This document shows positions 8,910 through 17,978 of a stretch of DNA of 64,000 nucleotides, in pieces. The stretch is from an uncultured virus (IMG/VR IMGVR_UViG_3300032299_001001). Its lineage: Duplodnaviria > Heunggongvirae > Uroviricota > Caudoviricetes. The DNA lies in the IMG/VR virus record IMGVR_UViG_3300032299_001001, positions 1 to 64,000 of that record; one strand, 5' to 3'. The notes under the pieces were generated by a model. It did no database searches. It worked only from the letters and a program-made list of their open reading frames with translations, and had not been told where the DNA came from. The position numbers and the translations under genes were made by a program. Each line of letters starts with the position of its first letter. Positions within the stretch are counted from its first letter, which is position 1.

Positions 8910-11228
8910 ATGAACCCCACACCTGAAGAACTCGGAATTAAACCCTGCCCAGCCTCCGGCCAAGGATGCCACTCATGGATGTTCAGGGCAGCGCACGCGC
9001 TGGTTGCTAACTCTTACGATGACCAATTCATCGACCAGTGGATCACTCACTACCTTGAGCGCCCACCCCAACCCCGCGAGATCGCCGACACGGTCTCCAA
9101 AGTCCGCGCCGAGGTCGAGGGGCTGATCGAGCCCAAGGCCCGTGTCTCTCTCAAACGGGCGTTTGATCCCGAGAAGCTCAAGGCCCTGACCGCGGAAGGC
9201 CCGCTTCCGGTGGAAGATTTCCTCCAGTCCTCGCCTGTCGCGGTCGCCGACATCACCGCGTCCGAGTTCCTCCGCCGACTCTACCCAAAGCAGGCGAACA
9301 TCATCTTCACCGACCAGCAGTCCCAGGGGAAGCTCGTCTGGAACGAGACGGTGCCCGACCTATTGGTCGATAACGCGATCACTAAGAACACCGAAGGTGC
9401 GTGGATCATGGTCAACCCGGTGAACGGCAAGTTCCTCGCCATTCCGCGACTCGGTAAGAAGTCTCAACGGGCCGAGGAGAACTTGGTCGCCTACGAATAC
9501 CTCCTCATCGAATCCGATTCGGTCGAGATGGAACTCTGGCTCCGTGTCCTCTCCAAGCTCGACCTCCCGATCGTCACGGTGACGACCTCGGGCTCGAAGT
9601 CCGCTCACGCTCTCGTGCGCGTTGGCCAGAAAGACCGCGAAGGCTACTTGGCCCGTGCCGCGGAGATCGCCGATCTCGTCGTCCCGCTCGGCGCGGACCC
9701 CGCTGCCATGTCCGCGGTGCGCCTGACCCGGGTTCCAGGTTGCATCCGCAAGGACACGGGGAAAGCTCAGACCTTGATCTACTTCAACCCGGAGGCGGGA
9801 GTTTTAATCCCATCGAGCGGGATGGGATTAGAATCAAGCGACGAAGTATCAGATAATGATACAAACTGTCAGGATTCGACAGCTTCTAGCAAACCGTCCA
9901 CTTCCGCAGAGAAGAGTGGACAGTATGACGACATCTACTACGACGGGAAAACCTTCTTCATGCGAGCGGGCGACGGGATCTGGCGCTACGAGATGGTCGC
10001 GATGCTGTCCAGTGAACTCAAATGCCGCAACATCTCCGACCGAGCCCCGAAAGGTGCAGCCATGTCGCCAATGGACCGCGCCAAAGCATTCATCCGCGAA
10101 CACCGCCGGGTCGATGGTGCCGGCCCCAGCCTATACAACCCGAACGAACTTTGGTTTGAGGGGGGCAAGAAATACCTGAACACCGCCAAGAACGTGAAGA
10201 TTATGCCCGCGGCCGAGACCGCCGGAGCTTGGGGTGTCGAGTTCCCCCGCTACGCAGCCATCCTCGACAACGTCTTCGCCCACCTCGACTACCGCGACTT
10301 CTTCATGGCGTGGCTGAAACGCTTCTACGAGTCCGCGGAAAAAGGGAAACTCTGCATGGGGCAAGCCATGATCCTGGTCGGACCCGTCCACTGCTATAAG
10401 ACCTTCTTCATCGAGCGCCTCCTCAAGCCGGCGATGGGCGGCTACGCCGACCTTAGTTCCATCGTCTCGGGCGAGGGCAACGGATTCAACGCCGACCTCT
10501 TCCAGTCCCCGCTCGCGATCATCGACGACACCAAGGCCGCGGAGAGTGAGGCCCAGACCAACCGCTACTCCTCGGCCATCAAGAAGCTCGTGGCGCACGG
10601 CACCCACAAATACCACGAGAAGTATCTGACCCCGATCATGGTCGAATGGCGCGGCCGAGTCGTCATCGCCGCCAACGACGATCCAGTCTCAATCAAAGCG
10701 GTCCCCGCTCTCGATATGTCCAACAAGGACAAGATCATCGCGCTCGCCCTCAAGACCTTCGAGGAAGGGCCGACGGTCGACGATCTCAAGGACGTGGAGA
10801 TCGAACTGCCGGCCTTCCTCGCGTGGCTCAAGGCTTGGGATATCCCCGCCAAATATATCGACGCGGCCAACCGCTACTATGTGATGAGCTACATATCCCC
10901 GGAGGTCATGGAGAAGATCGCCGCGGCCAGCCCGTCCGCGGAACTCCGCGACACGATCAACGCTTGGTGGGACCGCCGGGATGGTAATGAATGGGAAGGC
11001 ACCGCGGTCGAACTCCACCAGTCGTTCAACGATACCTTCGACAATGCGTCCCTGACCCGCCAATGGACGGTGCGCTCGATCGGGCGGCGGTTGGGTGAAC
11101 TCCAGAGCCAAGGTGACCCGAACGTGGAACTCGTCGCGAAACGCTCGGGCAAAGCGAAACTCTACAAATACCGGCTGACCCGACCGAAGATCGAGCCGGA
11201 ACCGGAGCCAGAGCCGGAGGTGTTTTAA
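8910..11228 (+). CDS. Primase-helicase (AEP/RepB-like primase plus SF3/DUF5906-like NTPase)
   Basis: LLIESD, SGSKSAHALV and RLTRVPG primase motifs; Walker A-like GPVHCYKT, IIDD, IAAN. Confidence 0.8.
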   Translation: MNPTPEELGIKPCPASGQGCHSWMFRAAHALVANSYDDQFIDQWITHYLERPPQPREIADTVSKVRAEVEGLIEPKARVSLKRAFDPEKLKALTAEGPLPVEDFLQSSPVAVADITASEFLRRLYPKQANIIFTDQQSQGKLVWNETVPDLLVDNAITKNTEGAWIMVNPVNGKFLAIPRLGKKSQRAEENLVAYEYLLIESDSVEMELWLRVLSKLDLPIVTVTTSGSKSAHALVRVGQKDREGYLARAAEIADLVVPLGADPAAMSAVRLTRVPGCIRKDTGKAQTLIYFNPEAGVLIPSSGMGLESSDEVSDNDTNCQDSTASSKPSTSAEKSGQYDDIYYDGKTFFMRAGDGIWRYEMVAMLSSELKCRNISDRAPKGAAMSPMDRAKAFIREHRRVDGAGPSLYNPNELWFEGGKKYLNTAKNVKIMPAAETAGAWGVEFPRYAAILDNVFAHLDYRDFFMAWLKRFYESAEKGKLCMGQAMILVGPVHCYKTFFIERLLKPAMGGYADLSSIVSGEGNGFNADLFQSPLAIIDDTKAAESEAQTNRYSSAIKKLVAHGTHKYHEKYLTPIMVEWRGRVVIAANDDPVSIKAVPALDMSNKDKIIALALKTFEEGPTVDDLKDVEIELPAFLAWLKAWDIPAKYIDAANRYYVMSYISPEVMEKIAAASPSAELRDTINAWWDRRDGNEWEGTAVELHQSFNDTFDNASLTRQWTVRSIGRRLGELQSQGDPNVELVAKRSGKAKLYKYRLTRPKIEPEPEPEPEVF

Positions 11229-11230
11229 CC

Positions 11231-11560
11231 ATGCACAACGCTGGTGAATTAGAAACGCTCCGCGGCATCTGTCGGCTGGCACTGTGCCCCGAAACCTTGG
11301 ACGGGGATTGGCAAAACGCCGCTACCGCGTTCTTCGGATTTTGTCGGGACCGGCAGATCAACCCGTTCAGGATCGAACTACCCAAAGAAGAAAAGAAGGG
11401 TGACTTCGACTTCAAAATGCCGCAGGGGAAACACAAAGGACGGTCTATGCGCTGGATTGTCGAAAATGACGCGCCCTACGCCGAGTGGTGCGTGGAGAAT
11501 ATGAATTCCGCTTGGATCCGAAACAAATTTATAGAGCTTTTCGAGGAAGCCAGCGTATGA
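11231..11560 (+). CDS. Hypothetical protein with a DUF3820-like MPxGKHKG motif
   Basis: MPQGKHKGRSMRWIVENDAPYAEW. Confidence 0.55.
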   Translation: MHNAGELETLRGICRLALCPETLDGDWQNAATAFFGFCRDRQINPFRIELPKEEKKGDFDFKMPQGKHKGRSMRWIVENDAPYAEWCVENMNSAWIRNKFIELFEEASV

Positions 11561-11982
11561 ACGCCAAATGGACCGCGAGGTTTATTAACTTAGCCTCGCA
11601 CGTTGCCACATGGTCCAAGGACCCCAGTAGCCAAGTCGGGGCCGTCATCGTCCGGCCAGACCGCTCGATCGCCTCAGTCGGCTTCAATGGGTTCCCCCGC
11701 GGGGTCGAGGATCGGGTGGATAGAATTAGCGATAGATCTGCAAAACTGTTGTTCACTTTGCACGCCGAGATGAATGCCATCCTCGGGGCCAAGGAGCCCC
11801 TCCAGGGCCACTCGATCTTTGTCTACCCCTTCCAGCCGTGCGCCCACTGCGCGGCTGCTATCGTCCAAGCAGGCATCAAAGAAGTCTACTGCCCGGAGCA
11901 CTCGGTTCCCCGATGGGAGGAGAGCTTCGCTGCCGCACGCACCATGTTCCATGAAGCAGGAACCGTGGTTCGGTGGATCTAG
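11557..11982 (+). CDS. dCMP deaminase
   Basis: SKDPSSQVGAVIV, GFNGFPRG, HAEMNA, PCAHC. Confidence 0.92.
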   Translation: MNAKWTARFINLASHVATWSKDPSSQVGAVIVRPDRSIASVGFNGFPRGVEDRVDRISDRSAKLLFTLHAEMNAILGAKEPLQGHSIFVYPFQPCAHCAAAIVQAGIKEVYCPEHSVPRWEESFAAARTMFHEAGTVVRWI

Positions 11983-12080
11983 TTCGCTAGAACTACCCAA
12001 ACGCCTCCTCACCTCCTCGCTGGTCGACGGGACAAGCTGCACCGGAAAATGATACATGGTTCCTATGTGCTTATTTAGGG

Positions 12081-12357
12081 GGAACTATGATATTAGTTCC
12101 ACCCTAAGTTCCCTCGCATAACCCAATGCCCGATAGGGGCTTATGCCAAAAGGGAACTGAGGAACTCACTTTTCGGGAAAACCCTACTGTCGTGCGCGTC
12201 CGCGGGGGACGGATTTCGGGGGTATATAATATATTTTCTATGAGAGAAAGTATAAGGGTAAGTTCCTCAGTTCCCTTTTGACGTAAGTATACTGTCCATC
12301 AGCGAGTTAAGTGTGGGAACTATGGGGGGAACTATTAGGGGAACTTTGCATAGTTCC
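12081..12357. repeat. Iteron/inverted-repeat region, candidate replication origin
   Basis: 11 GGAACT/AGTTCC hexamers; perfect 20-bp inverted repeat 12147-12166/12261-12280 around an AT-rich core; non-coding gap between convergent genes. Confidence 0.65.
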
Positions 12358-12374
12358 CATCGGGCACCTCGAAG

Positions 12375-12524
12375 TCAACCCTGCCGGCTGACGATATAGA
12401 GCCCGATCTGGGCGAAAGCATATCCGCCCCACACGATCGCCAACGGCCACTTACCGGATAACGCCATCTCAATCGCAACCCAAGCGTAGGCCACGCCGGT
12501 CGCCGCGATCAGCCAGCCGGACAC
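12375..12524 (-). CDS. Small membrane protein
   Basis: GTG start; SGWLIAATGVAYAWVAI...WGGYAFAQIGL, two hydrophobic segments. Confidence 0.55.
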   Translation of the reverse strand: MSGWLIAATGVAYAWVAIEMALSGKWPLAIVWGGYAFAQIGLYIVSRQG

Positions 12525-12742
12525 TACCAGACCCTCAGATCGCGCTCGGAGAGGATCTCGGCCAGTTTCTCGCGGACCTTGTCGAAGATCGCGTATTCTT
12601 CGGCCGAGTGGTCGGCGTACTTGGTCTCGGACTTGAGGTAGTTGAAGAGGTCGTCGACCGCCCATCGCCAATCGGAGCCCTTCCGGGCGTCGGTCAGGGC
12701 CTCGTCGTCTTGGGGGAGGTTGAACTCCAGGGTGGCTTTCAT
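12524..12742 (-). CDS. Phage hypothetical protein
   Basis: MKATLEFNLP..D N-terminus typical of a widespread small phage family. Confidence 0.65.
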   Translation of the reverse strand: MKATLEFNLPQDDEALTDARKGSDWRWAVDDLFNYLKSETKYADHSAEEYAIFDKVREKLAEILSERDLRVW

Positions 12743-12905
12743 AAAGTGGGATTGTTAATATAGCATCACGCCGGGGAGGTTCCTGCCGGCCCCGAGAAAA
12801 GTTAATAATTCCATTTTGGGTGAAAAAATTTACAGCCCATGATAATGATAGATCTAGGGGCGAGTCGGGTGCCTGGCCCTGACAGTGGTGGGGTGGGTGG
12901 CGGTG

Positions 12906-13412
12906 TCACAAGGGTTCGGAATCTTTGTGTCCGACAGAGTAATCACCCTCTATTGTGTCACTTTGTATACTTTGCAGCGTTGACCCGGAATCGGTGTAAC
13001 TCCCTAACAATGCGATGTTTACCACGTTCTTGTCCTCCTGCCTATCGAGGCCAACAATCTTCCCCGCTATCTCTGTAGCAATCTTTACCTTGTCAGCCTT
13101 GGCAAGCAGTTGGTCTTCAGGTAGTTGCGAAGCATAGGTAGTCATTCGGCTTCCAATGGTGTGGATATTTTCCCGGATAGCTTCCCGGCGCTCTGCCCAA
13201 ATGTCCCGCGCTATCTCCGTGCTTTTCTCTGTAATCTGTTCCTTGCGTTCCTTCTCTGTTCCGACGATCGCGTTCCATCCTTTCTTGGAAGCCTTTGCGC
13301 GTAAGGTATTTGCGTTGATCCCGAAGCGTTCCGAAAGAGTCGCAACCGGGACGCCTTGAAGGTAGAGACCTTTCACCACGTCCCAATCAACCGGAAGAGA
13401 AGCCTTGGGCAT
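12906..13412 (-). CDS. terS: Terminase small subunit (putative)
   Basis: DWDVVKGLYLQG...LSERFGINANTLRAKASKKGW N-terminal HTH typical of TerS. Confidence 0.65.
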   Translation of the reverse strand: MPKASLPVDWDVVKGLYLQGVPVATLSERFGINANTLRAKASKKGWNAIVGTEKERKEQITEKSTEIARDIWAERREAIRENIHTIGSRMTTYASQLPEDQLLAKADKVKIATEIAGKIVGLDRQEDKNVVNIALLGSYTDSGSTLQSIQSDTIEGDYSVGHKDSEPL

Positions 13413-13472
13413 TGACCCATATTACTCTGTTATGGTGTTATTTCAACCGAGTGCTGGCCGCTTGTTTATGTA

Positions 13473-13703
13473 ATGAGCAAGAAACACTTCATCAAAATCG
13501 CGGCAATGATCCGTGAAACACTCAACGTTGGACGCCGCATCAAAGTCGAAACGCAAGCTGATCCAGTTAAGGCGGAAGACTTCAATCGTGGAGTCGAGTA
13601 TGCCGCGCATGTTATTGCGAGCAATCTCGCCTTCATCTTCAAGCAAGAAAATCCCCGCTTCGACCGTGCACGGTTCCTTGAAGCGTGCAACGTGAACCAC
13701 TGA
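13473..13703 (+). CDS. Early phage hypothetical protein (NPRFD family)
   Basis: MSKKHFIKIA...FKQENPRFDRARFLEAC. Confidence 0.7.
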   Translation: MSKKHFIKIAAMIRETLNVGRRIKVETQADPVKAEDFNRGVEYAAHVIASNLAFIFKQENPRFDRARFLEACNVNH

Positions 13704-13736
13704 AACAAGAACCTGCTGGCCTCTTAATTACGAACC

Positions 13737-13922
13737 ATGAAAACACTCACTGAAATCGATCGGGAGATCCAAGAGGTGCTCGCCTCCAATGGCGCTCGCA
13801 GCCTGCTCAAAGAAACACTCCGCAAAGGTATCACGGTCGACTGCGTCGACGCCTACTATGACGTGCAGTTTGCCGCCGATCTTCTGAAAGAACGCATGAA
13901 CGCAATCTTGCTGGCCTCTTAA
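13737..13922 (+). CDS. Hypothetical cassette protein
   Basis: ATG directly after repeat 2; stop codon inside repeat 3 (LLAS*). Confidence 0.7.
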   Translation: MKTLTEIDREIQEVLASNGARSLLKETLRKGITVDCVDAYYDVQFAADLLKERMNAILLAS

Positions 13923-13931
13923 TTACGAACC

Positions 13932-14321
13932 ATGAAAACACTACCCTCTCACCTCTTCATCACCTCAGAAGGTGATCTCTTCGACACTCGCAATCCGCAT
14001 TGGGCTTCGAGCCCGGTCCGGGAAAAGTATCGTTATCACTTCCGGGAGATCAATACTCCCGGGCAGTTGGCGGCGACTCTCCGCGCCGGGGGAGTCACTT
14101 TTCCGGGATGCTATCCGCTCTACTTCGTCACGCTCGGCGGCGATGCGATCTCGTTTGAATCGGTCGAAGCGAATCCCGGCCGGTATTTCAGTGAGATCCG
14201 GGACGGCGATAGCGACCGGATTATCGGCACCGACATTAACTTCGAGGACGAAAACCTTTACTGCGTCGACTCCGACGAAAAGATCCCATCCGCCTATGGT
14301 CCCGGCAACGACGAAGAGTAG
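13932..14321 (+). CDS. Acidic phage hypothetical protein (PGxYPLY family)
   Basis: FPGCYPLYF...INFEDENLYC...IPSAYG; fills the gap between repeats 3 and 4. Confidence 0.7.
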   Translation: MKTLPSHLFITSEGDLFDTRNPHWASSPVREKYRYHFREINTPGQLAATLRAGGVTFPGCYPLYFVTLGGDAISFESVEANPGRYFSEIRDGDSDRIIGTDINFEDENLYCVDSDEKIPSAYGPGNDEE

Positions 14322-14343
14322 TGCTGGCCTCTTAAATACGAAC

Positions 14344-14529
14344 ATGAACATCGAAACACTCCAATACGAACAAGACACTGACCCGGCTTATTGCCCGGCG
14401 TGCGACAGTGCGGACGCTCAGATCCTCGGGCAACTTGGCAACCGGATTCACCTCCGGTGCCGGGGATGCGGATGGGATTTCAGCTTCGTCCGTGAGCAAT
14501 CCGAAACCTTCACCTTCAACCAACACTAA
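14344..14529 (+). CDS. Zn-ribbon protein
   Basis: CPAC...LGQLG....RCRGCGW; ATG just after repeat 4. Confidence 0.65.
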   Translation: MNIETLQYEQDTDPAYCPACDSADAQILGQLGNRIHLRCRGCGWDFSFVREQSETFTFNQH

Positions 14530-14537
14530 TCGAAACC

Positions 14538-14843
14538 ATGAACAAATACGGTAAAGCGATCAAAGAAACTGGAAGCAAATCCAAGTTGGCCCGGGCGGCG
14601 GCGGAGGTTTTCCGCAACCACGGCGACAACTATCCCGAGGATGGACCGATTAAGCTACCCGACAACGTCATTGACGAGATCGCCAAGGATCTCATCCTCG
14701 CCGGGATCCCTTTGAGTGCCGTGCAGGATCTCGACGACCGGCCTTACGAGTTTCTCACCTATGATCTCGCATCGCACATTCACTGGATCTCGCGCCGGTT
14801 CCGTAACTCGGGCGGATGGGATCTCCTCGAAAGCGACCACTGA
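14538..14843 (+). CDS. Hypothetical protein
   Basis: AACC-ATG start context shared with neighbours. Confidence 0.6.
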   Translation: MNKYGKAIKETGSKSKLARAAAEVFRNHGDNYPEDGPIKLPDNVIDEIAKDLILAGIPLSAVQDLDDRPYEFLTYDLASHIHWISRRFRNSGGWDLLESDH

Positions 14844-14860
14844 ACCCTGAATCACGCACC

Positions 14861-15079
14861 ATGAACCCGGACATCCTAACCAAGGACCAGAGAATCAAAC
14901 GCACGCGGAAAGTGGCCCGAGTGATCTTGGACTACACGCCCGGCGAAGATGCCGGGACCGGCTTGATTGATTTGCTCACGGACGCCTTGCATCTCTATGG
15001 CGAGGAACAGGTCCGGTTCCATCTGGACTGGGCCTTAGAGCATTATCACGCTGAGACCGGGGAAGTGCTGGCCTCTTAG
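14861..15079 (+). CDS. Hypothetical cassette protein
   Basis: LIDLLTDALH motif; stop codon inside repeat 5 (VLAS*). Confidence 0.65.
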   Translation: MNPDILTKDQRIKRTRKVARVILDYTPGEDAGTGLIDLLTDALHLYGEEQVRFHLDWALEHYHAETGEVLAS

Positions 15080-15123
15080 TCTTGACAGTCTTAATCACTT
15101 ACACGCATAACACCACAAAACCC

Positions 15124-15633
15124 ATGACCAACTACCTTACTCCTCTGAAAGAAATCGTCTCCAACCCGAGTGGTTGGGACTCGCTCGACAACTATGCCGG
15201 CGCGATTCCGGAACCTGAGTGGCTTTGCCTACTCACCCAGTCCCGGGACTCGGATTGCCTGACCGAGAGCAACTTTCGTTCGGCGCTCCGGGAACTCGGC
15301 GGCGAGAGTGACAACGTATCCATCGACCGGTTTGGCCATTGGGCCTGCGGATGGTGGGAATCGTTGTCGGTCCGCGCCGGGTCCCCGGAGCATGAGAAGG
15401 CGAAAGAGATCGCCGATAAGCTCGAAGACTACCCGGTCGTCGACGAAGACGACTTCTCGGAACTCGAAGACGAGACCGCCCAACGAGTGTGGTGCGACTG
15501 CTACAGCGACCGCGACCGGGTGCAGTATATCCGGGATCACGGAAACCAATTCGATTTCCACAACTATGCCGACCTCCTTGGTTGCGCCCGGGGCAAATAC
15601 TTCTCCGGGTATGCCGGGGAACTTCTTCACTAA
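15124..15633 (+). CDS. Acidic phage hypothetical protein
   Basis: ESNF...RFGHWACGWWE...YPVVDEDDFSELE. Confidence 0.7.
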   Translation: MTNYLTPLKEIVSNPSGWDSLDNYAGAIPEPEWLCLLTQSRDSDCLTESNFRSALRELGGESDNVSIDRFGHWACGWWESLSVRAGSPEHEKAKEIADKLEDYPVVDEDDFSELEDETAQRVWCDCYSDRDRVQYIRDHGNQFDFHNYADLLGCARGKYFSGYAGELLH

Positions 15634-15668
15634 ACGTAATAACACCACACTGCTGGCCTCTTAATTCG

Positions 15669-15989
15669 ATGAACAAATACACCAAACACACTCCCGGGCC
15701 TTGGACCGTGAACTCCGAGGGGCAAATCACTGACCTGCAAGGCCGGACGATCGTCCCGAACGTGCACGCGCACAATGTCCCAAGCAACGCATTCCCCCGG
15801 GGATCTGGGCAATACGTTGCCGAGGATGACGGTGGCGTTGCCAACGCCCGACTCATCGCCGCCGCCCCCGACCTCCTCGATGCGCTCGAAGAGGCGATCG
15901 AAGTGGTTGGAAGTTGGGGAGATGACGGCGACCCATCATGGCTCGAACGGGCTAAATCCGCGATCGCCAAAGTGGGAGGTGCCGAATGA
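15669..15989 (+). CDS. HTPGPW...ANARLIAAAP family protein, copy 1
   Basis: Both motifs visible; ATG just after repeat 6. Confidence 0.7.
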   Translation: MNKYTKHTPGPWTVNSEGQITDLQGRTIVPNVHAHNVPSNAFPRGSGQYVAEDDGGVANARLIAAAPDLLDALEEAIEVVGSWGDDGDPSWLERAKSAIAKVGGAE

Positions 15990-16279
15990 GCAACAACCAA
16001 CACACTCCCGGCCCTTGGTTTTACGAAGGGCAAAACATCCGCAACGGTGACGGCTTGGACGTTGCAACCGTCGACTCGGAACGATCCACCGAACGCTGCA
16101 CGTCTGACCGCATACCTCTGAAAGAGTGGACAGCGAACACGCATCTCATCGCCGCCGCGCCCGACCTACTCGCGGCATTAGAAGCGGTCGATGGATATTG
16201 GGCTGGCGGGGATGCTCCCGAAGAGTTGGCCGCGCAAATCCGCGCAGCAATCGCCAAGGCCGAAGGAGGTGCCGAATGA
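15986..16279 (+). CDS. HTPGPW...ANARLIAAAP family protein, copy 2
   Basis: HTPGPW and ANTHLIAAAPDLL; paralog of the upstream gene. Confidence 0.7.
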   Translation: MSNNQHTPGPWFYEGQNIRNGDGLDVATVDSERSTERCTSDRIPLKEWTANTHLIAAAPDLLAALEAVDGYWAGGDAPEELAAQIRAAIAKAEGGAE

Positions 16280-16365
16280 AAAACCCAACCCTCGATCACC
16301 TCATCGCCGGCCTGGCCCTGCTCCTTGTCTTCATGCAACTCGTCGACTGGATCATCCCGACCTGA
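16276..16365 (+). CDS. Small membrane peptide (29 aa)
   Basis: MKNPTLDHLIAGLALLLVFMQLVDWIIPT; stop abuts repeat 7. Confidence 0.5.
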   Translation: MKNPTLDHLIAGLALLLVFMQLVDWIIPT

Positions 16366-16414
16366 GTGCTGGCCTCTTAATTACGAACCCTTAACCCAAA
16401 CGAAAGAAACCCAA

Positions 16415-17173
16415 ATGAGCTACACCGAAACAATCGACATCGACGGATACCGAGTAGAAATCGCGCAAGACAGCACCCCGGCGAATCCGCTGGAGGAGTT
16501 TGACTGCGATCCTCCGACCCTCGTGTATAACGAAGGGCTGACCCGCTACAATAACCCGCCGGACATCAACTACCTCGTGCGGAAGATCCCCGCCGAACAG
16601 TTTGCCCGGGGGCAACGTGTCCACTTGATCCGTGAATACCTGAACGTCAGTCTCCGCGAGTTTGTCCAGCATCGCCGGTATTCTGAACTCAGTGTCCGGG
16701 ATGCCTTCGCCGAACTGTTGGCCGATCAACACCCGGAGCCCGGTTTCCGGTCATGGCCGACTGACTACTTCGAGACCCTCGAATCCTTGGCCAACCTCGC
16801 CGGGATCCCCTGCTACTACGCGACAAGCCGGGGCTACTGCCAAGGCCACTCCGCGCTGGTCATTGCCTTTGCGACTCCCGAGTGGGCCGCGAAGGTCGGT
16901 GCCCCGGCCGATAGCTGGGCTAGTCAGTGCGAAGGTGCCTTTGACCTCTATACCGCATGGGCATGGGGGGATGTCTATGGCATCGCCTCAATCACTGACC
17001 CGGACGGCAACGAAGTGGAAGACGGTTCCGTCTGGGGATTCTATGCCAGCGACCATGAGCAAAGCGGTTTGCTCGATAGCGCCCGGGACTCGATTTCCTA
17101 CCACAAAAAACAATCCGCGCTCGAAGCGATTGAAGCCTCTGTATGGGCAGCGCGGGATACCGTCACCGTTTGA
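16415..17173 (+). CDS. Phage hypothetical protein (WxWGDVYG...WGFY family)
   Basis: SRGYCQG, WAWGDVYG, SVWGFY; lies between repeats 7 and 8. Confidence 0.7.
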   Translation: MSYTETIDIDGYRVEIAQDSTPANPLEEFDCDPPTLVYNEGLTRYNNPPDINYLVRKIPAEQFARGQRVHLIREYLNVSLREFVQHRRYSELSVRDAFAELLADQHPEPGFRSWPTDYFETLESLANLAGIPCYYATSRGYCQGHSALVIAFATPEWAAKVGAPADSWASQCEGAFDLYTAWAWGDVYGIASITDPDGNEVEDGSVWGFYASDHEQSGLLDSARDSISYHKKQSALEAIEASVWAARDTVTV

Positions 17174-17200
17174 AGTGCTGGCCTCTTAATTACGAACACT

Positions 17201-17455
17201 ATGAACCCTGAAACCATTAACGCCATAGAGCGAAACATTAACATCGTCTACCGCTGGTGGAGAGACGACGACAAAGAGATTCGTCCCGAGCACGTCGAAG
17301 CCTTGGAGGAAGCCGCCGAAGAACGAATCTTTGAAAAACTAGCTGAAGGCTATCGATCCGGGATTTTATCCGACCATATACGATTCGACGACGAAGACCC
17401 GGAAGACGGCCAAGAATATAGCGGCTGGTTCGAAATCAACTTCGACAACCAATAA
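17201..17455 (+). CDS. Acidic hypothetical protein
   Basis: EGYRSG.L...YSGWFEI; ATG just after repeat 8. Confidence 0.65.
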   Translation: MNPETINAIERNINIVYRWWRDDDKEIRPEHVEALEEAAEERIFEKLAEGYRSGILSDHIRFDDEDPEDGQEYSGWFEINFDNQ

Positions 17456-17473
17456 ACAAACCATGAACAAACC

Positions 17474-17785
17474 ATGAACAAACCAACACCCATATTAGAC
17501 GAACTCCGGATCACGGTAGAAGGCGCGGTCGCGCTCTTCGATTCGGAGGCCAACGAAGATCATCCCGACCCGATCGATGATGCGATCGAACTGGTCCGTG
17601 AAGCGGAGGAACTTTTGCCGGCAATCCTCGAAGAGCACAAAGAACTCATCGCCTCCCTGCGCGAGTGCGTTGCCCGACTCGAAAGTCTCGACGACCGGCT
17701 CCTCAAATCAACCGGCAGTGTCAAAGACTCCGAACTCGGGGAGATCACCCGCGCCCGGGCGCTCCTCGCCAAACTGAAACCATGA
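17474..17785 (+). CDS. Hypothetical protein
   Basis: ORF with AACC-ATG start context. Confidence 0.6.
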   Translation: MNKPTPILDELRITVEGAVALFDSEANEDHPDPIDDAIELVREAEELLPAILEEHKELIASLRECVARLESLDDRLLKSTGSVKDSELGEITRARALLAKLKP

Positions 17786-17967
17786 ACCCCGCAACCCGAC
17801 TTCAGGAACTACGTGAGGCGATCGAAGAGGAATACATTTCCTATGCTGAGATCATCGAGCTTCAAGACCTCGCGCAATCAAACCCCGAACTGTTTTTCGG
17901 TGATCCCCTGCTCGCTGAGTGGGCCGGGATTCCGGAAGGCGACTATCATCAAGTGCTGGCCTCTTAA
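17782..17967 (+). CDS. Hypothetical cassette protein
   Basis: ISYAEIIELQ...DPLLAEWAGIPE; stop codon inside repeat 9 (VLAS*). Confidence 0.65.
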   Translation: MNPATRLQELREAIEEEYISYAEIIELQDLAQSNPELFFGDPLLAEWAGIPEGDYHQVLAS

Positions 17968-17978
17968 TAGTGAAGACT

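Noticed and set aside
13714..13736. Sigma54 promoter reading of the repeat (TGGC-N-TTAC resembles GG-N10-GC)
   Set aside because: The -12 position is not conserved across copies, and the implied start site would fall past several ATGs.
15308..17189. ORFs 15308-15664 and 16662-17189 that also end in LAS*
   Set aside because: They are alternative frames over better genes and end there only because the repeat contains a stop; not counted as tagged proteins.
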